From Candidatus Saccharimonadota bacterium (GTDB taxonomy: Bacteria > Pseudomonadota > Alphaproteobacteria > Rickettsiales > Anaplasmataceae), in contig NZ_CP046580.1 in the NCBI RefSeq assembly GCF_013365495.1, forward strand, positions 270,001 to 302,000: DNA of 32,000 nucleotides, written 5' to 3'. This document shows, one piece after another, positions 18,678-26,917 of the stretch. The position numbers and the translations under genes are program-made. How positions within the stretch are numbered: position 1 is the stretch's first letter; every line of letters begins with the position of its first letter. The notes beneath the pieces were generated by a model. The model made no database searches. It was not told where the DNA came from and saw nothing but the letters and a program-made list of their open reading frames with translations.

Positions 18678-19575
18678 ATTTTATGATAATGTAGTATTTT
18701 AAATAACTGTTCGGTATTTTAAATTTTTTAGTCATGAGATATAGAACTGAAGACTATATAGAATACTAGTACAGGATTTGCAAATAGGTGAATAGATATA
18801 GTATTCAGCTTTTTTTCTCTCTTTCTTTACTAAACTTTGTTTATACTAAAGATTTTAGTTAAATTAAAAATAGCTTAATTATAGTTATTAAAGATTATCA
18901 TATAAAAATGATATTTTTACTGTTTTAGCTAAAAATCGTGTTTAAAAGAAAATTATTTAGTCATATATGTTAATTCTAAGCTAGACTAAATTTAATATTT
19001 ATTATAGTTATTGTTAAAAAGTATTTTTCTTTATATAGGTATTTCAAAGAATATGTGTAAGTAAAAAAAATATACTATAAGTATAGTAAAATAAGTATCT
19101 AAGTATAATTTATTTATATCTAATGATAGTAATAATATTGTTATTTTTGCTAAATTAATTATTGGCTTAAATTTTGTATTGTTAATATAATTGCAACCTT
19201 AATTATGAAGGATAGTTTTTTTGTTATTATTATGTACTTTACTATGTTGCTTATTAATATAAAGTAAATGTATAATAATAGAAATAAATGATGTTTAAGC
19301 ATCTAAAAGTGCTAAGTCGATAAGAGATAAAGACAACTAGTTCAAGATGAATTTAAATAAGACTAGAGGGTTTAGTTATTAAAATTACTTAAGCAAAAAG
19401 AGACAGTAAAATTAATATGTCATTAGAAGTAAAAGTTAGTGAATTGGGTTATTGGTGGTAATGTTCAAATTATTTAAGGTGATATTGGATAGGTTTAGTG
19501 GTTATTAATTTATAAAGAAAATAATTTAACCTATTATAAAGGTGATTTTTTTATATCTTAAGAAAATATTGTAAA

Positions 19576-20823
19576 TTATAGCAATTTATCCCAAATCTCA
19601 ATTATATCCTCATCAAAGTCTATTATTTCTACTTTTTTGAATTGGTAACAGTTATTGATGAATTTAATCTCTAAATTTCCTATAAAAGGAATAGCATCAT
19701 TACCTAGAATTTTACCACTACGGCAAATTATCAATCTATCTATTAAGTTGCACTTTAGTAATTCTGTAATGAGTATCCTTCCACCTTCAACTAATAGCCT
19801 TGTTATACCAATTTTTGACACAAGTTTTGATGCCATATCTTTTAGACATATTTTCTTATCAAGAACATTAGATATTTCTTGTTCTGATGTTATTTCAGTA
19901 TGTAAAATTGAAGTTTTGGGTTTATTATGCAAACGTTTAGTGTACTGGTTTGAGACTAAATTTTCTAAGTTCCAGTGTCTGGAAAGTGGAATTGAGGAGA
20001 GTGATTTTGAGGTAATGGGGGATTTGCTATTTGAATTAACTATTAAATAATTAATATTATGTATTTTTTTTTCTACTTTCTTATTTGTAATTACCCAAGT
20101 TATTACTTTATCTGCAGTTTTTGCAATATTATGCTCTTCTTTTAGTTTTCCTTGACTGTCAATAATTAATCTGGTTGGTGATCTACCTTCAAGTCCTGGT
20201 AATCTACAAGTTAACAGTGGATTATCCTTGATTAAGGTATTGCTACCAATCATAATTGCGTCATGTTTTGCTCTGAGTGTGTGTACCCAATTTCTTGTAT
20301 CTTTGCTTACTATCCATCTGCTATTACCTGTGAATGTTGCAATTTTTCCGTCTAGAGTCATTGCAATTTTACAAGTTATAAATGGTCTATGTAATTTCTG
20401 AGTGGTAAAAAAGCCAATATTTAATTTTTCTGCTTTTTTTTGCATGATGCCTTGCTTAACTTCAATTCCTGCTTCTTTTAAAGTTTTAATGCCCCTGCCT
20501 AGAACTCTTTTATCGGGGTCAATTGTTGCAATTACTACTCTTTTTATTTTAGATTTTATAATTTCTGCAGTACAAGGTTCTGTAACCCCAAAATGGCAAC
20601 ATGGCTCAAGAGTGACATACATAGTTGCACCATGAGTAAAATTTTTAGCACTTTTTAAGGCAATTATTTCTGCGTGTGGGCGTCCACCAATTCCTGTGTA
20701 ACCTCTGCCAATTACTACATCATCTTTGACTATGATACAGCCAACAGCTGGATTTGGTGCAACTCTTCCAAGAGTTTTTTCAGCAAGCTTTAGTGCTATT
20801 GACATAAAATAATCATCTGTCAT
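19576..20823 (-). CDS. ribD: Bifunctional riboflavin biosynthesis protein RibD (pyrimidine deaminase / uracil reductase)
   Basis: 415 aa. Deaminase zinc motifs HAE and PCCHFGVTEPC, then a reductase domain (KIAMTLDGKIA ... RLLVEGG). A Ser-rich insertion of about 60 aa precedes the RLLVEGG segment. The start overlaps the dgt stop (TAATG). Confidence 0.9.
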   Translation of the reverse strand: MTDDYFMSIALKLAEKTLGRVAPNPAVGCIIVKDDVVIGRGYTGIGGRPHAEIIALKSAKNFTHGATMYVTLEPCCHFGVTEPCTAEIIKSKIKRVVIATIDPDKRVLGRGIKTLKEAGIEVKQGIMQKKAEKLNIGFFTTQKLHRPFITCKIAMTLDGKIATFTGNSRWIVSKDTRNWVHTLRAKHDAIMIGSNTLIKDNPLLTCRLPGLEGRSPTRLIIDSQGKLKEEHNIAKTADKVITWVITNKKVEKKIHNINYLIVNSNSKSPITSKSLSSIPLSRHWNLENLVSNQYTKRLHNKPKTSILHTEITSEQEISNVLDKKICLKDMASKLVSKIGITRLLVEGGRILITELLKCNLIDRLIICRSGKILGNDAIPFIGNLEIKFINNCYQFKKVEIIDFDEDIIEIWDKLL

Positions 20824-22022
20824 TAGAAAGGAGTCATTTCATGTGAAGTGTCAAAGATTTTTTTATGCTCGTGTATGGCAAATCTATCTGTCATACCAGA
20901 GATGTAATCACATATTACTATAGAACGCTCAAATTCATAGGTGAGTCTATTCCATTCTATGGGTAATAGTTTAGGGTTTTCATAAAAGCATTGAAAAAGC
21001 TCCTGTATTATACGTTTTGCTTTATTCATTGTTCTGTTGAGTTTATAGCTTTTGTATATTTTTTCTGTGTTGAATTTTTTTATTTCTTTTGTAGCATTTG
21101 CAACTTCTGGTGAAAATATAACTAGCATTTTGTTTAAACTTCTTACATCTTCTACACTTTCTATTTTATAACCTTTAATATTTTTTTTGGTTTGAAAAAC
21201 AACATCACTTATCATAATTCCTATAGCTCTGCTAAGTGATTCATGTGTTAGCTTGTTCTGAGATAATTTTGAATATTTGCTTTTTGTATCTTTGAATATT
21301 TCTCCAATTAAAGGAATATTGAGTAAATCTTCTATAGTTACTAAATTACCTCTCAATGCATCATCAAGATCATGAACACTATATGCGATGTCGTCAGCAA
21401 TTGAGGCGACTTGTGCTTCAATGCTTGAAAATTTTTCAAGTTTTAGGTCATATTTTTTATTATATTCTAATAATAGCTGATTATTTGTATGAAGTGCTGC
21501 ATTCTTACCGAGTAGAGGTCCATTATGCTTTGCAACTCCTTCGATTACTTCCCAACTTAAGTTCATACCATTAAAATCAGCATGTTTTTGTTCAAGATAA
21601 GTCAAAATTCTTATAGCTTGAACGTTATGATCAAATTGATATCTTTCATTATCAATATTTAAGTTTTGAATTGATTTCCTTAGAGCGTTTTCTCCTGTGT
21701 GACCAAATGGAGGGTGACCTAGGTCATGTGCAAGTGCTATGCATTCAGTAATATCTTCATTTAAACCAAGCCTACGTGCAATAGATCTTGCAATTTGTGC
21801 AACTTCAAGGCTATGAGTGAGTCGTGTGCGATGATAATCGTTCTCATAATTGATAAAAACTTGTGTTTTGTATCCTAATTTTCTAAGTGCATTGGAGTGT
21901 ATAATGCGATCCCTGTCACGTTGAAAACAGCTACGATTTTCATCTTCTGATTCTTTAAAATACCTTCCCCTTGTTTTATGTGGAAAACATGCATAATTTA
22001 ACAAAAAATTATTATTTGACAT
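20823..22022 (-). CDS. dgt: dGTP triphosphohydrolase-like HD-domain protein
   Basis: 399 aa. Motifs RTRLTHSLEVAQIAR and AHDLGHPPFGHTGE (HD domain), with DDIAYSVHDLDD further downstream. Confidence 0.85.
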   Translation of the reverse strand: MSNNNFLLNYACFPHKTRGRYFKESEDENRSCFQRDRDRIIHSNALRKLGYKTQVFINYENDYHRTRLTHSLEVAQIARSIARRLGLNEDITECIALAHDLGHPPFGHTGENALRKSIQNLNIDNERYQFDHNVQAIRILTYLEQKHADFNGMNLSWEVIEGVAKHNGPLLGKNAALHTNNQLLLEYNKKYDLKLEKFSSIEAQVASIADDIAYSVHDLDDALRGNLVTIEDLLNIPLIGEIFKDTKSKYSKLSQNKLTHESLSRAIGIMISDVVFQTKKNIKGYKIESVEDVRSLNKMLVIFSPEVANATKEIKKFNTEKIYKSYKLNRTMNKAKRIIQELFQCFYENPKLLPIEWNRLTYEFERSIVICDYISGMTDRFAIHEHKKIFDTSHEMTPF

Positions 22023-22069
22023 GTAAAATTTTTACTATTATAAATTATTGATAATGAATGGTGGTTATC

Positions 22070-22522
22070 ATGTCAATAGATTACAATATTAACTTAACTA
22101 ATAGTGCGTTAAGGAAAATTCGCTCTCTTATAGAGCAAGAGGGAGATAAGGGTTCTATTTTGCGAATCGCAATTTTAGGTGGTGGGTGTTCTGGTTTTAA
22201 GTATAGTTTCCTTATGGATCAAATCAATAAAGATTTATCATCAGATGATGAAGATGATAATTATAGTGGTGAATTCAATGATAATAATGAGGAAATTAAA
22301 GATTATAAAAGTGGTTTTGATTTAAGTAAAAAAAATAAAAATGAAGATATAGTAGTTAATGATGAGAATGGACAACCTATATTAATGATTGATAGTTACT
22401 CGGCGAAGTTTTTAGGTAACTCAGTTATAGATTATACTGAAGATTTAAGTGGTTCTGGTTTTCAAGTAAGTAACTCTCTTGCCAAGTCTCAATGTGGCTG
22501 TGGTAGTAGTTTCTCAGTTTAG
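22070..22522 (+). CDS. erpA: Iron-sulfur cluster insertion protein, HesB/IscA/ErpA family, with an internal acidic insertion
   Basis: Track ORF starts at 22058. I prefer ATG 22070, which has GGTGG 5 nt upstream and gives the N-terminus MSIDYNINLTNSA. Family motifs are GGGCSGFKYSF and the C-terminal CGCGSSFSV. An extra D/E/N-rich stretch of about 40 aa sits between them. Confidence 0.8.
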   Translation: MSIDYNINLTNSALRKIRSLIEQEGDKGSILRIAILGGGCSGFKYSFLMDQINKDLSSDDEDDNYSGEFNDNNEEIKDYKSGFDLSKKNKNEDIVVNDENGQPILMIDSYSAKFLGNSVIDYTEDLSGSGFQVSNSLAKSQCGCGSSFSV

Positions 22523-22586
22523 TGAGAGTTTTTTCCCTGTCCTCAAAATTTAGTACGAAATTTAAGTAACTGATAAGCCTTTAAAG

Positions 22587-23261
22587 ATGAGTAATAGTGT
22601 AACATTAGAATTAGTTTCTATAAGTAAAAGTTTTAAGAAGAATTTTGTTATCATAGAAAATGTTAGCTTAAGGGTTGTAAGAGGGCAAGTGGTTGCGTTA
22701 GTTGGTAGTTCTGGGTCAGGAAAAACAACTATATTACAAATTGCAGGTTTAGTAGATAAACCAACTTCAGGTGTAGTAATAGTGGATGGGGTAGATTGTA
22801 CACGAACTAGCAGTAAATATAGAACTCATATAAGAAAGAATTTTCTTAGTTTTATTTATCAATTTCATTATTTATTGCAGGAGTTATCGGTGTTAGAAAA
22901 TATTATGCTTCCTCAGCTTATTCAAGGTAAAAGTAAATCTAAGGCGATAGAAAGTGCAAAGGCAATTCTGGAAAAATTTAGCTTAGAAAATAAGGCAGGT
23001 AGTATGATATCTGAAATTTCTGGTGGCGAAAGACAAAGAATTGCAATTGCGAGAAGCATTGTGAATTCTCCAAAACTTTTACTTGCAGATGAACCGACAG
23101 GGAACTTAGATCCAATAAATTCTTTAAATGTGTTTTTATTATTACGTTCTTATGTCAAGGAAAATAATAGTTCTATGGTTATAGTTACACATAACTATTT
23201 CCTTGCAGGAAAGGCAGATTGTGTTTTACAGCTAAAGAATGGATCTTTGGTAAGGTTGTAA
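22587..23261 (+). CDS. lolD: ABC transporter ATP-binding protein, LolD-like (lipoprotein release)
   Basis: 224 aa. Walker A GSSGSGKTT, signature ISGGERQR, Walker B LLLADEPTGNLD and H-loop VTHN. The LolD assignment rests on size and overall family resemblance. No permease gene is adjacent. Confidence 0.75.
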   Translation: MSNSVTLELVSISKSFKKNFVIIENVSLRVVRGQVVALVGSSGSGKTTILQIAGLVDKPTSGVVIVDGVDCTRTSSKYRTHIRKNFLSFIYQFHYLLQELSVLENIMLPQLIQGKSKSKAIESAKAILEKFSLENKAGSMISEISGGERQRIAIARSIVNSPKLLLADEPTGNLDPINSLNVFLLLRSYVKENNSSMVIVTHNYFLAGKADCVLQLKNGSLVRL

Positions 23262-23300
23262 AAAAAAAAAGTATAAGAGTATGAAGTATGAAACTATAAT

Positions 23301-23468
23301 CTATTTAATCTTGTACTTACTTAGCCAACGGTCATTAACAGGGTATAATTCACATAAAGTACTTTTATTGCTTTTTATACATGGACTTTTTAACTTATGT
23401 GATTTATTTAAAAAACATCCTGATAACATAAATATAGCTAAAATTAAGAATAATAGTTTCTTAAACAC
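23301..23468 (-). CDS. Small lipoprotein, 55 aa
   Basis: Found by reading the minus strand. AGGAGG is followed by 7 nt, then GTG at 23468, giving (M)FKKLLFLILAIFMLSGCFLNKSHKLKSPCIKSNKSTLCELYPVNDRWLSKYKIK and a TAG stop (23303-23301). Positive n-region, hydrophobic core and lipobox L-S-G-C. It lies 49 nt downstream of the hydrolase gene on the same strand. It is absent from the track because it is under 60 aa. Confidence 0.65.
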   Translation of the reverse strand: MFKKLLFLILAIFMLSGCFLNKSHKLKSPCIKSNKSTLCELYPVNDRWLSKYKIK

Positions 23469-23517
23469 AAACAAACCTCCTACTTATATTATTATACTTA
23501 TTTTTTTGTTGTAGAGA

Positions 23518-24216
23518 TTAGGCATACTCTTTTATTTTTATTTCTTTTTTTACTTTTTGTAGAGAAATAGCTGTGTTATTTAAGCGTAGTTTTATATATT
23601 CGTCTATGATTTGAACTACTTCTTCTTCTTTATTTCTTAGGAAATGGTTGGTATTATCTATTATATGATATTCCATATGATCACTTTTTACTGAGCTCAT
23701 CAACCTTTTTGTTAATTCTGTTATATCACTTTCTTCTGAGATTGTATCATTACTGCTTTGTACTATGAGTCCAGGAACTGGACAAGGAGAAAGAAAGGAA
23801 AAATCATACTTAGTTGCTGGGAGAGAAAGAGCAATAAAACCTACTATTTCAGGTCTACGCATTGTTAATTGCATAGCAACCCATGCTCCAAAAGAAAATC
23901 CAGCAACCCAGATTGGAACGTTGCTAGGATTGTGTTCTTGAAGCCAATCAATTGCTATTGCTGCATCAGTTAATTCTCCTATACCTTTATCAAAAGTTCC
24001 AGTAGATTTTCCTACGCCACTAAAGTTAATTTTTAATGCAGAAAAGTTATTGTCAATAAAAGATGTGTATATACCATGTATTATTTTACTATCCATATTA
24101 CCTCCATATTGGGGATGATGATGTAGAATTAATACAACTGGTGCATTAATACTTTTGCTCTGGTAGTATTCACCTTCTATTTTTTTTGCTGCATTGTTTA
24201 AAAAAACTTCTACCAC
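23518..24216 (-). CDS. Alpha/beta-fold hydrolase
   Basis: 232 aa with a GTG start and AGGAG 5 nt upstream. Nucleophile elbow GFSFGA, plus downstream SNDT (Asp) and TNHF (His) candidates for the triad. Substrate unknown. Confidence 0.8.
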   Translation of the reverse strand: MVEVFLNNAAKKIEGEYYQSKSINAPVVLILHHHPQYGGNMDSKIIHGIYTSFIDNNFSALKINFSGVGKSTGTFDKGIGELTDAAIAIDWLQEHNPSNVPIWVAGFSFGAWVAMQLTMRRPEIVGFIALSLPATKYDFSFLSPCPVPGLIVQSSNDTISEESDITELTKRLMSSVKSDHMEYHIIDNTNHFLRNKEEEVVQIIDEYIKLRLNNTAISLQKVKKEIKIKEYA

Positions 24217-24256
24217 TTTTGCTCCTAGTTTAAAGGTTAATTTAATAGATATTTAA

Positions 24257-24284
24257 ATTATATATTAATCTTCTGTTTTTGCAA
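24257..24284 (-). promoter_or_regulatory. Candidate promoter of the hydrolase/lipoprotein pair (TTGCAA-N16-TATAAT)
   Basis: The minus strand reads agcttaTTGCAAaaacagaagattaataTATAATttaaat. It has a perfect -10. The -10 ends about 40 nt upstream of GTG 24216. Confidence 0.4.
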
Positions 24285-24355
24285 TAAGCTTTTGTTATGT
24301 TAAAGTAAATATATATTTTATATATTTAATGATAGGAGAGGAGTTTTTATAAGGA

Positions 24356-25522
24356 ATGGAGGATAGATTTTCAAGTTCATTTTTTTTAAAAAAAAGTAAT
24401 TATATATATGCTGATTATAATGCAACTTCTTTAGTTAGTAATAGTGTGAGGAGAAGTATACTCGAAGTTTTATCGAAACGAATTTTAAATCCTTCATCAT
24501 TACATAGAAAAGGACAGGAAATAAGAAAAATTCTTCAGGATGCAAGGGATGTTGTATATAATATTATTAATGTTTCAAGTGATAAGGAAGTAGTTTTTAC
24601 ATCTGGTGCAACTGAAGCAAATAATATTGTTATGAGGGGAATGAGAGGCTTTCAGTATGTAGTTTCAGCTATAGAGCATCCTTCGATTCTTAATTCTGTA
24701 TATAATCCACATATAATACCTGTTGACCAAGAAGGTATAGTTGATCTTCTAGAATTAGAAAAGATCTTAAGTAAACTTAAGGGAAATAAAGTAATAGTGT
24801 CAGTTATGATGGCTAATAATGAGACTGGGGTTGTGCAACCTATTAAAAAAATAGCTGAAATAGCGCATAAATTTGGGGTAATTTGTCACACTGATGCTGC
24901 TCAAAGTGTAGGGAAAATTAAAGTTAATATGGAAGATTTAGGAGTAGATTTGCTTACTTTGTCTGCTCATAAGTTTGGTGGTATAGCAGGTGGTGGCGTT
25001 TTAGTATTTAATAAAAACCTTATAATAGAACCTATAATAGTTGGTGGTGAGCAAGAAAAAGGATTGCGTGGTGGTACAGAAAATATTGTTGCAATTGTAG
25101 GTCTTTCTGCTGCATTACAAAATATTCCAGATCTTTTATTAAAAATGGATAAAATTAAGAAACTACGTGATCAATTAGAGAGTAAGTTATTGAGTTTTGT
25201 TGGTGATAGTATAAAAATTTTTGGTCAGAACTCTAAAAGACTGCCAAACACAAGTTTCATTTGTATGCCAGGAGTTAAGAGTGACATACAACTCATGTAT
25301 TTTGATTTAAATAATATTGCAGTGAGTAGTGGATCTGCATGTTCTTCTAATAAAAAGATTGAGCCTTCTTATGTATTACTTGCAATGGGAGCGACGAAAG
25401 AGCAAGCAAAATGTTCAATTAGGATTAGTATAGGTCCACAAACTAAGTCACAAGATATAAAAAGAATAGCTGATTGTTGGTATAGTATTTATAAAAAATA
25501 TTCTTTAGGTATGTGTAAGTAA
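24356..25522 (+). CDS. Cysteine desulfurase (NifS/IscS-like, class V aminotransferase)
   Basis: 388 aa. Motifs YADYNATS and TSGATEANN, the PLP-lysine motif SAHKFGG and the active-site Cys loop SSGSACSS. No iscU or hsc genes are adjacent. Confidence 0.9.
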   Translation: MEDRFSSSFFLKKSNYIYADYNATSLVSNSVRRSILEVLSKRILNPSSLHRKGQEIRKILQDARDVVYNIINVSSDKEVVFTSGATEANNIVMRGMRGFQYVVSAIEHPSILNSVYNPHIIPVDQEGIVDLLELEKILSKLKGNKVIVSVMMANNETGVVQPIKKIAEIAHKFGVICHTDAAQSVGKIKVNMEDLGVDLLTLSAHKFGGIAGGGVLVFNKNLIIEPIIVGGEQEKGLRGGTENIVAIVGLSAALQNIPDLLLKMDKIKKLRDQLESKLLSFVGDSIKIFGQNSKRLPNTSFICMPGVKSDIQLMYFDLNNIAVSSGSACSSNKKIEPSYVLLAMGATKEQAKCSIRISIGPQTKSQDIKRIADCWYSIYKKYSLGMCK

Positions 25523-25728
25523 TTTGGGTTAAAAAAATAAAAAAAATTACTTAACAAATTGTGTAGTCTTTATCATTGATCATAATGATTGTTCGAGTTA
25601 TTTTAAGTTTGTGTAGTTAAATAATAAGCATTATATACTAATGTAGAATATTAATAATTTTACTATATTTATATTTTTATCTTGATAGCATAATATAATT
25701 ATAAAATGTTTAAAATAGTATGAAGTGC

Positions 25729-26010
25729 GAGCTTAGGTATTAAAGAATAAATAGTTCATTGCTAAGTTTCTTTTGCTTTTTTATTTAAAAAAATTTGAAG
25801 ATTTATATTTGAGATAATTTATATATGAATATCCGTTTTTATAATATATCTTTATATTAAGAGTGGATAATAAAGTTTGGCAGTTATTAAGAATATTATA
25901 TTTAATATATGCTCAGCTGTTTTTTATGTTTATTAAATTATTTTCTTGTAGGTTAATAATTTTATTAGTTTTGTGTCTGGAGCTTAGATGATATTAAAGG
26001 GTAAAATAGT
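25729..26010. repeat. Imperfect direct repeat pair of about 30 bp, 251 bp apart
   Basis: Copy 1, 25729-25755: GAGCTTAGgtATTAAAGaaTAAATAGT. Copy 2, 25980-26010: GAGCTTAGatgatATTAAAGggTAAAATAGT. The G/C-containing 8-mer is improbable twice by chance in this composition. Both copies sit in the spacer downstream of the 237-aa gene. Confidence 0.5.
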
Positions 26011-26100
26011 ATTTTTTAAAAAATTAAAGGTAAAAGATTTTTGATTAAAAAATGTAGTTAGATTTAGATTAGTTATTGTGAGTTTTTTGTTTTAAAATGA

Positions 26101-26134
26101 GAAGTAAAGAGACAAAATTTTGCCTCTTCACTTC
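26101..26134 (-). terminator. Rho-independent terminator candidate for the 237-aa gene
   Basis: The minus strand reads GAAGUGAAGAG-gcaaaauuuugu-CUCUUUACUUC: an 11-bp stem with one G-U pair and a 12-nt loop. It starts 6 nt after the TAA stop and is followed by cucAUUUUaaaac. Confidence 0.55.
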
Positions 26135-26140
26135 ATAATA

Positions 26141-26854
26141 TTAAACTGCTTTTCTAGCTTTTTCTATAGCTTCTTCTACTGCGACATCTGCTAATTTGGC
26201 TGATACATTAGCTTTTAAAGCTTTCAGATCTTGGTTACTTACTGCGACTTTTAGTGAACTAGCATTATTCATGCCTAGTTCTGTTTTCATGTCAGCAAGT
26301 TGATCTTTACCACCTACCTTAGTTACTTTTGCTTTATATTCGCTAGCATTATCTTTAGGATCTGTATGTGCAAGTTCAACTTCGACTTTTTTTCCTGCTA
26401 GTAATACATGCACTGCTTTTTTATCATTTCCTACTAGGGCTTTATAATCATTGATTGGGAGTATCAAAAATAATTGCTGGATACTTTTACCATCTGTTCC
26501 TTGAACCTTTTTTTCAATAATTTTGCCGCTTTTTACTACATCATCAATAAGAGTAGCAAAATTTGTGTCTTTACAGTCATTATCAGTTTTACTTTGAGCT
26601 TTTTCTATTGCATGCATTTGCTGATACGAAGAAATAGCTTTTACTGTAAAATATGCGGTAATAACAAATAGAGTTGCAATTCCAATAGGATTAGCGGCAG
26701 ATACTAGAAATGTAGGTCCAGTAATTGCGTTAGTGGCAACTAATATTGTAGTTATTGCTGCTGCTAAAGATGCAACTACGACTGTACTTTCAATACTTGT
26801 TTTTATTACAGGTGCGGTATTTTCCCATTTCCATATGCTTGATTTCGTAGTCAT
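26141..26854 (-). CDS. Hypothetical membrane protein with one bilobed (two-helix hairpin) hydrophobic domain and a Lys-rich soluble C-terminal domain
   Basis: Track ORF starts at TTG 26869. I prefer ATG 26854, with GGAG 9 nt upstream, giving 237 aa beginning MTTKSSIWKW. The hydrophobic stretch STVVVASLAAAITTILVATNAITGPTFLVSAANPIGIATLFVITAYFTV forms two TM segments joined by a short loop. About 160 hydrophilic aa follow, ending EEAIEKARKAV. I recognise no family motif. Confidence 0.7.
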   Translation of the reverse strand: MTTKSSIWKWENTAPVIKTSIESTVVVASLAAAITTILVATNAITGPTFLVSAANPIGIATLFVITAYFTVKAISSYQQMHAIEKAQSKTDNDCKDTNFATLIDDVVKSGKIIEKKVQGTDGKSIQQLFLILPINDYKALVGNDKKAVHVLLAGKKVEVELAHTDPKDNASEYKAKVTKVGGKDQLADMKTELGMNNASSLKVAVSNQDLKALKANVSAKLADVAVEEAIEKARKAV

Positions 26855-26888
26855 AAATACTTTCTCCAATTAAAATTAATAAAAATTA

Positions 26889-26917
26889 ATTTTATATTGG
26901 TAACGTATGTTAGTCAA
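26889..26917 (-). promoter_or_regulatory. Candidate promoter of the 237-aa gene (TTGACT-N17-TAAAAT)
   Basis: The minus strand reads aacTTGACTaacatacgttaccaataTAAAATtaa. The -10 ends about 35 nt upstream of ATG 26854. Confidence 0.4.

Noticed and set aside
23281-23514. Track ORF of 77 aa on the + strand (MKYETIIYLILYLL...)
   Set aside because: It has no ribosome-binding site and a junk-like Leu/Ile/Asn composition. It is fully antisense to a far better minus-strand lipoprotein ORF with an AGGAGG site and a lipobox.
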